Shown here in pieces: positions 25,383 through 37,009 of a DNA stretch of 64,000 nt. Numbering within the stretch: position 1 is the stretch's first letter; the number at the start of each line of letters is the position of its first letter. The stretch is from Camelus dromedarius (lineage: Eukaryota): assembly GCF_036321535.1 (NCBI RefSeq), contig NC_087446.1:61194001-61258000 (forward strand), read 5' to 3'. The notes under the pieces are model-generated. The model was not told the DNA's origin. It worked only from the letters and a program-made list of their open reading frames with translations, and did not search any database. Made by a program: the position numbers and the translations under genes.

Positions 25383-25927
25383 CTCCATGGATTTTTTTTT
25401 AAGTTAAAAAAAAAAAAGTGATAATATTCTTTTTGAACTTGTTTTTTTGCTCCAGATACCCGGTGTGCTTGTTCTTAAGTGTGTGAAAGACTGTGTGTGT
25501 GAGCATGTTTGGGAACAATTCATTTCATTCCATTTCACACTTTAACATCAAATGAAAAATGAAATGTGGTGAGGGTATTCTTAAAGGATTAAACATACTC
25601 CTTCCAACTACTTAAACCAGGGGTTTGGGATTCAGATCTCTATAACCAAGACTGGAAGTCACTGGAAGACTTTAAAATTATTTTAACTACCACAACTAGA
25701 GTCATGTATGGAAATAAACCCATTGCATGAATTCTTTATATACATAATCTCAAAATTTAACCGCCCAAATAAGTTTTAAAAAGCAAACATTTAAAATTTG
25801 CCATTAAGGAAAATCTCATCTCCATCCTTAATTATGACTCTTCATTTCAACTAAAAGCTTCCAATACTTTGAAAATAAAATATGCCTATGAAAGTCATAA
25901 ACCCTGAAATCAGAGATGTAATTCTGG

Positions 25928-26265
25928 TTAAATATTAGTTTCTCTTTCTGAGGGATTAACCTCTGATCCCAGATCTTCGCCACTAGTATCATGATTTTTC
26001 GAAGTGTTCAAGGGTTCAGATTCTAAGGGATTAACCCCTGATCTCAGACTTCTGAAACTTGTGACATCATCATGACTTTTTGATGTGCTCAAGGGTTTCG
26101 ATTCTTGGAACTCAGGCTTATGTGCGTCCTCCAACCTCTTTTCCTTGGCGAGCAGTCTGTAGTTGATAGCATTGCCAATGAGCAGCCACACACTGGATGT
26201 GAACACAATAGCTCCACAGACCATATACATATATTTATATTGGCCGGTTTCATCCACCAATTTAC
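25928..26265 (-). CDS. SLC16A7: MCT2 last coding exon: TM12 plus extended cytoplasmic C-terminal tail, stop TAA
   Basis: Acceptor gttctttgtcttttAG|GT AAA TTG GTG GAT; encodes KLVDETGQYKYMYMVCGAIVFTSSVWLLIGNAINYRLLAKE...SERETNI*; ERETNI is the recalled C-terminus of human MCT2; 338 nt. Confidence 0.97.
25949..26104 (-). repeat. Diverged in-frame tandem duplication inside the MCT2 C-terminal tail (81 nt + 75 nt)
   Basis: Copy 1 (26024-26104) ESKPLSTSKSHDDVTSFRSLRSGVNPL; copy 2 (25949-26023) ESEPLNTSKNHDTSGEDLGSEVNPS; 59/75 aligned nt identical plus one 6-nt indel. Confidence 0.92.
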
Positions 26266-26754
26266 CTAAAAGACAAAGAACATCTTTTAAGATAGCACAA
26301 TAAAACAGCCACAAAATGATAACATTTGCAAATAAATTCTTCCCTACACCGGGTACCTATTTCTTATTTAAGGTAATATGATGAGAGTTTAATAAAGAAA
26401 AAAATAGTCCAGATTATGATTTCCTATATGCGTAGTAAAGGCATCTATAGTATATTAAATTATATATGTTAAATTAAATATGTTAAATGTATTGAAAATT
26501 ATTTCCCTCAATAGAAGTGTACAACCAAATCAAGCTAGGTATATATGTGTCTGTGTATGTATTCATACATGTGTGAAATACATTTTTAAACCTACATATG
26601 TAGGAATATATAAACACATTTACAAATGGAAACATATATATGAATATATTTATAGCATACATATTGAGATTGCTTCATCCTTGCTACATTTGGTGTCTTT
26701 TCAATAAAGAGGAAAAACTACATTCTTTAGGAAAAATTCAACGGCTTTTATACG

Positions 26755-26950
26755 GTTCCTGACAGGGCATAATATTTACTAAATTCTTTCCCTATGCCCA
26801 GCACTAGGCTAAACATTTTATTTGTAATTTTGCACTTAACCCTTACAAGACCACTATGAAGTAGTTAGAACGTGGTTACAGAGCCAGTGAGTGGCAGGAT
26901 CCGGGCTGTAACCAAAGTCTGTCTACACCGCGCATTCTTAACTACTCAGT
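26755..26950 (-). mobile_element. MIR SINE
   Basis: CCAGCACTAGGCTAAAC...CACTATGAAGTAG...AGTGAGTGGCAGGATCCGGG. Confidence 0.55.
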
Positions 26951-27789
26951 AAAATGGCTTCACCTCTTGGTTAAGTGTCATGTCACTTTCTAGGCTAATC
27001 ACAGTTTTTCAGTTTAACTGAATCTAAATTATTAAGGCAGAACTAATCAGGAAGAAAGTTTTTGATCCATTTGATTATTGAGAACATTGGACACCTAGCC
27101 TAGTGCTATATAATCAGAAGGTTTATTGACTTTTAAATATGCTTCAGTTTATACTTAGTTTTGCCTCCTGCCTATGCAAAGCATCTAATTCTTTACAATA
27201 ATTATTATTAGCAAAATTTAGTGTACAGAAATCCATATTATATATCATATGCATATTCCAGGTGATTCTGATACAGACCTGTTTGTTTAGTCAGAATTAC
27301 TATCATTCTGACTAGAATCTAGTTAGTGGCTCAGTATTCAGTTTAGCTACTTGTGAAATTATCTATTTCAACAAATTTCCCTGCTTTAATTAGGTTAATG
27401 TCGGAATGGGTTTATCTGAGTATGATACAGACATCAACAAAACAAAAACTGTGTAATTTAATGTTCCACTCTAACATTGGTCAAATATTTCTATTCATAC
27501 AATGATTATTACACATCTAAATACCAAACAGTAAGTCTTTGGCCCCATCAGAATTAATATCACTTTCGATTGCAAAATCAACAAACATACTTTCAAAATG
27601 TTTGGGGAATTTTTAGCATCATCAAGAAACCAGATATGATCTCCAGAACTGAAGTTTCAGTTCTTTCTGAATGCAGCAGTGAAAGTTTGAGATGAAAAAA
27701 AGAAAAACAAAAACCATGCTGTCCCGACCTTTTCACTAACAAGACTAGTAGCAGCAGTAGCAACTGTATAATAAGTAACTATAATAATA

Positions 27790-27875
27790 CCCATTCATTC
27801 AAAAGTACTTACTGAGTGCCTACTATGTGCCAGACACTGCTCTAGTAGTGGCCACATGCAATAGAGGAGAAGACA
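27790..27875 (-). mobile_element. L2 3' end fragment
   Basis: CATTCATTCAAAAGTACTTACTGAGTGCCTACTATGTGCCAGACACTG. Confidence 0.7.
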
Positions 27876-28567
27876 CTCTAAAAGTCAAGGAGTTGATCAG
27901 GGTAACAGGAGGCGGAAACAGGATGAAAAAAATGGGTAGGATCTTAGGGCATAGGCTGAGCGCTTCAATACGAGTCCCAAATTAATTTCTGCCACTGCTA
28001 CCAGTGATGCAGCAGTTTGGCAATATTAACACAATAAGCACCCAAGGATACCGCGACTGATGTAAATGTGAATACAGGTCTCAGCACAGGTAGGCGTGGC
28101 CAAATCAGATTCCTTCGTTTTCATAGCACCCAGCCACTATGCCTATGGACATGACTTGATTTTTTTTTTTCATCCCACCGTGGCTGGTAAAATACAGTTT
28201 TCTCTGTTGATTCTAAGAATTTTCTTGCTAATGAACAGGCTTCTACAACCCATTTGTAAACTAACTCTGTAAGAAAAGATAGGCCAATTGTACTTGTCTT
28301 ATGTGGCAAAATCAACTGAATGAGGCTTTCATTCTTTCTGAAAATGTTTTGTTGTCGTGCTATATCTGTACTGAGAGATATACCACCCAAAAGCATGTTG
28401 CCAGGTGTCAGAGGGAAGCCCCGGTGGACAGAGGTCAACAACTCCATCACTCCTTCCAGACCAAGTGAAGAAGCAAGAGGAAAGGGCAACGGTGCCTTAA
28501 AATTAACAAATTAATGTGAGTTGTCCCACTTTCAAAGTCACGAAGGAAGAGATTTACACTTAGCATG

Positions 28568-28596
28568 GCAGTAGCTGTGACCACTAGGGGGCAGGA
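28568..28596 (+). promoter_or_regulatory. CTCF binding motif with upstream element, in the last SLC16A7 intron
   Basis: GGCAGTAGCTGTGACCACTAGGGGGCAGG: core CCACTAGGGGGCAG matches CCASYAGRKGGCRS, with GCAGT 8 nt upstream as in the extended motif. Confidence 0.65.
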
Positions 28597-29398
28597 GGTC
28601 TAAGTAAATACTTCACATTTAGTGTCAACCAAAGCAATACTATACCGTGGTTACTGGAAAAGACTGGCCAACCAAAAGCATTTAATATTTATAACACTGA
28701 ATTCTAAGACTGAACAAAGCCTTAACTTCAAAAATGAACTTACACATGTGTCTTTCTCAGTCTCCTTACTGGATAAGTTAGCACAGATACTTTTACAGGC
28801 TTCACTGACAGTATTTTAGACCTTAAAATCTAACGGTAATCTTTACAATTTATAAATGTGGAATATAAGTATCTGATCAAGAACATGACTTTGAATGAAT
28901 TTCCCTTCATTCTTGCATTCTTATTCATATGTCCTATCAGTGGGATTATGAACGTGTTCCTTCATTAAGCATGTAACTAGTTCCGTATTAATATAACCAA
29001 TATACTCCAGTAAGAACCTGTTGGGAGCATTACTTCAAATATTTGACTCATTTTAATAAAAAAGAAAAGGAATATGTTTAAAAATGATAAAGTGGCATCT
29101 TATTTCTATGATACATTTTTAAAAGCACATAACAAACTCATATGGGGGAAACCCTGAAAACTATGCTAATTATCAGTCTAACTTAAATTCTTATATTCAT
29201 AAGTCCAAGCTCAGAATCAAATTTTTGTCTAAAATATGCTAATTATGAAATTGAATTAAAGCCTCAAAGTAACACACCCACAGTCTTTTAGGCGATTAGG
29301 TGTCATTATTACAAACACATTTTACACTACAAAGAAAGTTTCGGCTAATGAATATTAATTTTATGCATTTTGCTTTCTTTGATGAGAAGTATTCTTAC

Positions 29399-30217
29399 CA
29401 GCAAGAGGAGGGCCAAGAAGAACTGGGCAACACTCCACAATTGTGACGAGCCCCACAGCGCTGGAAAACCTCTGAGCACCGACCAGGTCCATGAGCGTCT
29501 CAAAGAGGACACTGCTAACACTCCCAAATCCGAGGCCAAAAAACACAGCGTAGACCACCAGGCTAGGGTAGTCGTCAGCCAGTGGGCACAAGAGATGACA
29601 CACGCCGTTGAACATCACTGCAAAACTGAAGAAGTACTGGATTCGGGGTCGGATGAATCTGGAGTTGGCAATGAATCCTACAGAAGGTCTGGCAAACATA
29701 TCAACAAAAGCCATAACAGACAGCAAGAAGGCAGCGGAATACTCGTCAATTCCTTTGTCTTTGGCGTACGGAGCCAAGAATATAATGGGGGCAAAGAACC
29801 CCAGGAACATGATGACATTTCCAGATAAGTATATGAGAAACCCCCTGTGCTTAAAAAGGGAGAAATCTAAATACTTATTAATTGTTTCCCATGTTGATTT
29901 CTTCTTATGTCTCGTCTTCTCACCCAAATCCGTCGCTCTTATGCCAACCTTGTTTTTAGACTTCTTTGTAGTTAGTTTGGGTCCCACAGGTCTCATGAGA
30001 GACCCAGCCACACAGGCATTCAACAGTATACCTCCCAAAATCAAGAAGCTTCCTTTCCAGCCGTAAGTATTAAAGAGGAACTGGTTGAAGGGAGCCAGCG
30101 TGCTTAAGAAAACAGGACTTCCTGCCATGGCCAGGCCATTCGCCGTCGGCCGTTTCTTGTAGAAGTATTTGCCGATGATTGTTAAGGCAGGTTGCAGGTT
30201 GAAGGCCAGACCTAAAC
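29399..30217 (-). CDS. SLC16A7: MCT2 large internal coding exon (819 nt)
   Basis: Acceptor ttttatcctgtgtAG|GTTTAGGTCTGGCC and donor GCTG|GTAAGA; encodes [37 protein letters not shown]...[11 protein letters not shown]...[13 protein letters not shown], the MCT signature with the TM8 Asp/Arg pair; the loop [22 protein letters not shown] is MCT2-type. Confidence 0.98.
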
Positions 30218-31544
30218 CTACACAGGATAAAACAAAAGGAGGAAGAACACAAGCACGTTACGCCACTCACCAGAGAAATTACTCTTTCAAACGTACATTC
30301 AAGCGGGGATGGCAGACCTGAAAACCCAACAGCAGGTAGGAAGCTTTTATAATTACATATATCAATCGGATGGCACATACACAAAAAAGTTCTCATAACT
30401 GGACACCCGAGATTGTGAAAGTTTCACATTCCTTTCTTTTGAAGACACAAAAATAAAACCATGAACTTCTACTGTTATTGTAATAATCACAGAAGAGGTT
30501 GAAACTAGGACAAAAATTATTCATTCTCAATTAAAGTTGCTTAATTCCACAAATAAATAAATCTCTCTTTATGTTTGTAGACATAGAGAGAATAGATTTC
30601 TTCCTTGTGGGCAAGAGTGGGTTTAAAATGTGAATGCTTTCTTTTCAGAGTAGAACAGAGTGGAAAGACTAAAAAGAATTATCCTTTACAGATAATCTTA
30701 GGTCTCCCAGATATTTTTTCCTTTAAAACCATGCAAATCAATACAAAAGAGTATCAATTCACGCCATTAATTTCATGCTCTACATGAATACAGAGGAACA
30801 CGGTATTAACTATAAAGGTTTTTTTTTTTTTTTTTTTTTGCTCGAAACATATTCTCATTTGGGGGATTAAAGCTGTTTATATGAGTCAAAAGTTTCTACT
30901 GTCTAGGGAACTCCTTGGCAGTGCTGACACTGGCCTTTGAGAAATGAGTTACTCCTTACAGCTCACCAGGCACTACCTGGCAGCTGTAATGAACACGTTT
31001 GTTTAAAAGAATGAATAGAGTTGACTTATACAAACTACTGCCTCTCCTTCTCCCTTAGCCTAGGCATGATTCTGGATTACGTTAGGGCCTGCAGAAGTAG
31101 GAATACCGTACAGACATATTGCAAAGTGGTTACGTGTTTAGACTCGGGGACACGGAGTTCTGAGGACAAATACTTGCTGCAAGCCTCTAATACAAACACA
31201 TGCATTAAGTGTTTGTAGCAGGGCTCCTCAGAACTGACACAGAACCAAGCACGTGCTCTGGAGAGTGACAGGGCCGTGTGCTCTCTGATTCTACGTCAGC
31301 GAGACGTGGGGGAGATGCAGAATGAGTGTAATTAGATCCAACATATAAATAATTAAACTGCGGTCGGCAGCTTGTAAGTGGAAGAACCCAAATTAAAACC
31401 TGGGAATTGTGTTTTGAAGTTCAATTTCTTCACCTTCTGCCCCCCCCTTCCCTATGTCCCCATCCTGTCACCTGGAACTTTGCTTTCAGATGCTAATTCC
31501 AGGTCTCCTTAGGAGACCGTGGCCACCTAGTTCCCATGTGGCAT

Positions 31545-31960
31545 GGTAAAAGGAACACGAGACATGACACAGGAGTTCTCAGTCTGCCTCACTGACTCCG
31601 CTGTGTGCGCTGCTGGGCCAAGTACTTAGACTTCGTGAGCTCCAGTTCCCTTAACAACAGCAAAACAGGATTTTGCCAAAATCAAGTAAGCTCTAGAGCT
31701 TCAAGATGTTATGTAATGATACTGTAATCATCATTTGTTAATATTTATTTTAAAAGTAACAAAATGCTGGGCACTCTGTAAAGTACTATATATTCATTTT
31801 TTTTTCACATTAATTATGCCAACAACTCCCAAAGGAAGGAGCTATCATTTCCCTGTTTTAGAGACAAAGAGACTGAGGCATGAGAAGGCTAATTTACCCA
31901 TGATCACACAGCTAACACGTGCTGAGTCAGGGTTAAAACCTAGCCCTGTCTGATTTCAGA
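31545..31960. mobile_element. Two adjacent, oppositely oriented MIR fragments
   Basis: 31545-31720 plus (CTGGGCCAAGTACTTAGACTTC...CCAGTTCCC) and 31725-31960 minus (GAGACTGAGGCATGAGAAGGCTAATTTACCCATGATCACACAGCTAA). Confidence 0.6.
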
Positions 31961-32183
31961 CACCAAGAAGCACTGGCTGATAATGACTCAAGATACACCC
32001 CTCACAGGTGTAATCAATGGTTTAACTAGAAACAACAAAGCCTTTAAGACCCAAAGGGATGGAACTGAAGTTAGAATAGCATATAATACTATTGATACTT
32101 GTGATACAATAATACCAAAATCATCTTTTCCCCTGATATATCTACTTGTAAACCCCGCCTGACTTCTATGGTCAAATGCAACA

Positions 32184-32382
32184 CAGCTGACTGTTGAACG
32201 TCGCGGGGTTTAGGGAGTGCCCACCCTCTGCACAGTCGAAAATCTGCATATAATTTATCACCAGCTCTCCTCAGGATTCAACCAACCATGGATCGTGCAG
32301 TACTGTAGTCTTTACCATTGGAAGAAATCCGTATTTAAGTGGACCTGTGCAGTTCAAACCCATGTTGTCCAAGGGTTAACTG
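32184..32382. mobile_element. MER8-like MITE (Tigger2 family)
   Basis: Ends CAGCTGACTGTTGAAC and GTCCAAGGGTTAACTG followed by TA; internal CAGTCGAAAATCTGCATATAA and GGATTCAACCAACC. Confidence 0.8.
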
Positions 32383-33418
32383 TAAATAGTATTTCTGCAC
32401 AAAGGAAAGGGCATTCACTCCACCGTGACAGTTCTTAGAGACATGAAGATTCTCATTTGCCATGTCAGAGGTGTTTTACCATATCAAAGAAAAAAAAAAG
32501 CAGTTGTCCATAGGTTGTAAAGAGAAAGATTTTAACATCACTATTACTGTATCTAATTTTTTTTTATCAAATGATGCATAAGTGCAAGATTAGACTGATG
32601 TAAAATCATAAAAAGAGAAATAATTTATCTTTTTATCTGTAGGTAAAAGGAAAAGATTCCATTTCTTTAACTTAAAACTTTTTTTTTCTTAAAACTTTGA
32701 GTATAGATTTGTTTAATACAATTTACCATTGAGGCTACCAAAAACAGTGTTTTCCAAATGCACATATTCAGGTCAGCTGGAGTCTACAGATGTGCATGAG
32801 AAACTATAATCAAGTGATAGGGTGTCATTTAAAAATATTTGTGTTTAGTGGCAAATGTGCCCTCCAGAGTTTTTAAATAGAATCTTTTAGTAAGGAGAAG
32901 GGACATTGGTGCAGAGCTCAGCCACTAATCACAACACAGGCACCAATAATTCTAGTGTTAAAGCTAAACCAGTGACTTCAGGAAATATCTTTTTTGGGAC
33001 CATTTTTAACCTATTATGAGCAATCAGCCAGATACTAATAGTAATAAGCAATGAAAATAATTTTTTTTTATGAAGCTATTTACATGCCAGAAAGTCTGTT
33101 TCCACAATACCGTCTTAACTAGCTGAAGATTTAATGTTGAAACAGTAAAAACCAACCAAAGAGGTTTTCTTTTTGACATTGTATCACAGCCCATAACATG
33201 TCTGGTAACTTGCTTTTTCCATTTTCGAAATTAGTGTGATCGCCCATCCTGTAGCCAGTATTTCAGTATACTCTGACAATACTTTAAGATACCATCTGAT
33301 GTAAAAAGGAAATTCAAAGAAAGCAATTAGAATGCTCTGCTGCTCATGCTTCTGACAGAATTTGGCAAACAACAGAAGTGTTAAGAAGAACATGAGCTGA
33401 ACGCAAAGCCGGACTTAC

Positions 33419-33562
33419 CGCAAATGAATCCCATGGTGATGTAAAGTTGTACCACGTTGGTACTGAAAGAGGCCGAGACCATTCCCAGACAGCACAGCAA
33501 GCCTCCTGCCATCACCACGGGCCGGCTGCCGTAGTTATTCACCAGGACACTGCTTATAGGAC
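33419..33562 (-). CDS. SLC16A7: MCT2 internal coding exon (144 nt), first SLC16A7 coding exon within the window
   Basis: Minus strand reads tttcctctctgcctcAG|GT CCT ATA AGC AGT...GGA TTC ATT TGC G|GTAAGT; translation (G)PISSVLVNNYGSRPVVMAGGLLCCLGMVSASFSTNVVQLYITMGFIC(G) matches recalled MCT2/MCT1 TM3-TM4; 144 nt, phase 1-1. Confidence 0.97.
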
Positions 33563-34029
33563 CTGAGGCAGAGAGGAAATGAAGAAACCTTCAGTTGCTG
33601 GGTTATTTATTTATAACCACTTGCTAATTCTGAAAGCTGGGAAGCACTTTTTAACGATCAAAGAAAAATACTTGAGTTCATATGGGATTTCATGAAGACT
33701 TTTCAGCCCTTTGCAATCTGACTGGTTGTCTTTAACAATATACATACAAGCACAGGAAGTAAGAAATGAGACTTGTTTGACATACACTCTGTTAGGACCG
33801 TCATTATTCCACTTTGGATGGAAAAGCTTTTCAGCAGGACATACCTCAACTCCCTAAATATCTTTAAACACAGGTAAATTTGTGTAACAAAAATCTAGGG
33901 ATTATATAAAAGACTTGTCTGTTAGAATTTTATTTCTTGGAATAATATGTATGGATGCACACATATATGCCTTTAACTGGAGCTGAATTTTTTGTTTTAT
34001 TTATACCTCACTGTGACTTTTCTTCAATA

Positions 34030-34745
34030 CTGTTTTTTTTTTTTTTACTCTAAGGTATACACTGTCTTCATATCTCCTTATATTAGAAATGAGGATGTCT
34101 TACACTTGATGGTCTCTTAACAGCCCCTGGTGGCAGGCACCTCAAAAGGCCTGGGCACGCCTGAACTTGGTTATGTCTATGGCTGGGTTAGACAAGGCCA
34201 TTCCTCACATTTTGATCACATCATTTAAAGATCGTTTGAAAAGGGAATACAAATACGAATCCTGACGGATCATTGTCTGAAAAAGCTGTCGACACAGTCT
34301 GGTAAGGAAGGTCAAGAGAGTACCACCATGGAACCTTACAGAATGGGTGTCATGGTTCAGGTGGGATTGCCAAAGCTGCGTCACCAGCAGAGGACAACTG
34401 TGTGTGCAATGTGAACACCAAGTACCCTGACTAAACACTCATGGAGAAGAACAAGATCTTGAATGGACATTTTAGTCACACCTCGCTCTATTTAATATAC
34501 ATTTTTTGATGTGTGTACATGTGTGTATGTATAAAATATTCAGGAGTGATTAAAATAATTTAAATCATCTGTGTTTAACTATGTCTAAAAAAGCTCTTTT
34601 GGTAATTATAAAATAAAAATGCTAACTATTCAGAGAATGTGATGTCTAATTTTAGTGCACATTTTTTTCTTTAGTGGCGCCTCATAAAATAATGGTGCAA
34701 AATAACAACAGAGGCTGTCTTAGATTCACTGTAAGTACGGACCAC
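34030..34745. mobile_element. Tc2-family DNA transposon remnant (Kanga1/MER104-like)
   Basis: Left ACTCTAAGG...GAGGATGTCTTACACTTGATGG; right CTTTAGTGGCGCCTCATAAAATAATGGTGC...GTCTTAGATTCACTGTAAGTACGG. Confidence 0.45.
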
Positions 34746-36734
34746 TTTATAAGATCTTTCCAAATGTAAATGGTTTTATCTGACATTTCCTTCTTAACTT
34801 AAAATTACATTTCACCTGAAACTAGCGGTACTGGTTTGAGGAGAAAAAAATATTACATTAGGTCAGGATTCTCAGTCCAATGTTTAGCCTAGAAAAAAAT
34901 AAAACAATTTCTAGTTAATGCTAAAACTGAAAAATTTGCCAAGTGCTGTTGCATTACATTTCAGAATTTCTACAGGGAGGATATTTAAAGTACACTGAAA
35001 AATATGTATATTATAACAGACACATTGATTTAGAAAAAATGAGCATTTTAATTGAAAAGCATACAGCTAAGTTCAAATAGCCTTTGTCAGAAGGGACGAG
35101 TTAGAATAAATTGATTAGTTTGATTAATTCCTGAACGTAGGTGTGGATTCCTTTTCTTAAAATTACTTAACTGTTTCAGTTCAATTCAATTCAACTCAAA
35201 TCAGTTTGGTGCAATATTTCTCAAGCTCCCAGTATAAAGTTGACAGACACCACAGATAAAATAATACACTATAATCCTAAATGCCTTGTATTCTAGAGGA
35301 AGAAATGGCCAACAAGTTATTTTAAGAACCGTGATGGATGCTTCAGTAAATACTAGATTATCAGGATGAATTCAAAAGCATTTATCAATTACTGGGACTA
35401 ATTATAATGATCTCCTGTCAGTAACGGATTACACATTCCCTTTTGTACGTGGTACTCGGATAACTAACAAATGGGCTATCTGATCACCATGTTTTGTAAA
35501 TATGTTTGCTTAAATAGTGTACCTTAAAATTTGAAAATAATCTATGAATCACAATTTGCAATGTATTGGAAATAATTATATCTATAGGCTGGGATAATCA
35601 CCTCACGCCTTTTCCCCGTGACTGTGACTAAGGGTAGCCACTAAAGAAAACGTTCAGAGGTGTTGGCCCTTTGTGAGCAGACTTTGCTAATTTCTAGTGG
35701 CATCATTCAAGACGCAATGAGAGTTTTTAATTTTAACAAATAATTTCATTTTATGTTATACACCTTAGTTAAATGATATCCTGTAAAATTACATGTTTAT
35801 ACAAGTCATCTATAATCTTTTCCTAGAAAAAAAAGATAATTTTTAAGTGATTTATTTTGAAATAATCAAAGATCTGTACCCCTTAATATTAGTTGCTTAT
35901 AAAATATCAAAATATTTCTACTCTGCAATAGTTGTGGATCAAAATTAAAATTATGATACAGAATAAAATGTACTTATTTTGTAAAGAACCTCTAAATGCT
36001 TAATATTAGCTTGCGGAGGCATCTAACATTAGATATAGGACCATCCAATACCTCTCTCCAACCTACAAGAAACTTAGTTTATTTTATCAACAAAAAAGAT
36101 GAAGTTTCAAGAAAATAAATAAATTCTCATCACACATGATTTTTGTCAAACATGGGCTGGCCTCACGGTGTCCCTTGTTGATGACTCTTAAGCCTAATTA
36201 TATTCTGAGCTCATTCATATACTTATAAATTAATTTAATCATTCTGGAAGTTTTTACTCAGCATGTGTTTTTCCAGTAATCATGATGTTTAATCACTAGT
36301 TATGTCAAAAAAAAAAAAGAAAATCCTCTACCTGCTGAGAGTTACATCTCAGCCCCTATCTTGGTAGAGCAAAGATATTATTCATCAAAATGCTTTGTTC
36401 TATTTGCTTGCCAAGCAGTTAAAACAAAACGGTATGCAAGAATAATAATGTCTTATTTCCAAAAACATACAGAGAAGCACCAGACTGCATCTAAATCAGG
36501 ATGATCTTGCCACTGATTTCTTCTGATCCAGATTCCAGATTCTGCCAAGGATGCTTCTGTGGGTTCTTATAGATCACAGAGTGTTTGCCCATTCTTCAGA
36601 CTTCTGTTGCACTTACAGTTGGTAATGCACACGCACACAAACAGAACGGAACACTGTCTACTTCATTTGTTTGACTTTTGTTCACACAATCTGTTGTAAG
36701 CTCTGTGAAGGCAGCTGCCACACATACTGTTACT

Positions 36735-37009
36735 ATTCATCAACATTCATCCAGTTACTGCTCTTTGCAGGAAGTGTGCTAAGAATTCTACATGCATTAT
36801 TGCATATGATTTTCATTCTACATGCATTATTGCATATGATTTTCATGGCCTAATTAATGAATTGCCTAATTACAGCTACTAACAGTTGATAAAACCGAGG
36901 CGTGCAAAGTGTTTAGATAACTTGTTTCAGGTCAACATCAATATTAGTGGTGAAATGTGGATATGAGCCCAGAGTCATCTGATTATAAAACGTGTGCTTT
37001 TAGCTACGG
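36735..37009 (-). mobile_element. MIR SINE, adjoining the MER21-like LTR
   Basis: AAACCGAGGCGTGCAAAG...ATAACTTGTTTCAGGTCA...TGAGCCCAGAGTCATCTGA. Confidence 0.5.
36785..36846. repeat. Perfect 30-bp tandem duplication inside a MIR
   Basis: ATTCTACATGCATTATTGCATATGATTTTC x2. Confidence 0.95.

Larger units (their letters stand above)
16300..25927 (-). other. SLC16A7: Putative long 3' UTR of SLC16A7 (up to about 9.6 kb)
   Basis: Directly downstream of the stop; poor in L1/LTR repeats compared with 10.8-16 kb; ends at a pair of AATAAA hexamers. Extent is inferred. Confidence 0.45.

Noticed and set aside
26266-26314. Upstream extension MWLFYCAILKDVLCLL of the 128-aa ORF
   Set aside because: Intronic polypyrimidine/acceptor region; the exon begins after the AG at 26266-26267.
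29361-29398. Read-through of the 255-aa ORF into the intron ([11 protein letters not shown]) as a truncated isoform
   Set aside because: The donor G|GTAAGA at 29398 is canonical and joins in frame to the last exon; the read-through is what any ORF finder shows, and I saw no convincing nearby intronic poly(A) signal.
29370-30066. Two 152-aa plus-strand ORFs (29370-29828, 29608-30066)
   Set aside because: Antisense shadows of the 819-nt SLC16A7 exon; no independent splice or start context and no recognisable product.
31545-31960. Inverted MIR pair as a dsRNA, editing or circularisation element
   Set aside because: The copies are too decayed and cover partly different parts of the consensus, so extended pairing is unlikely.
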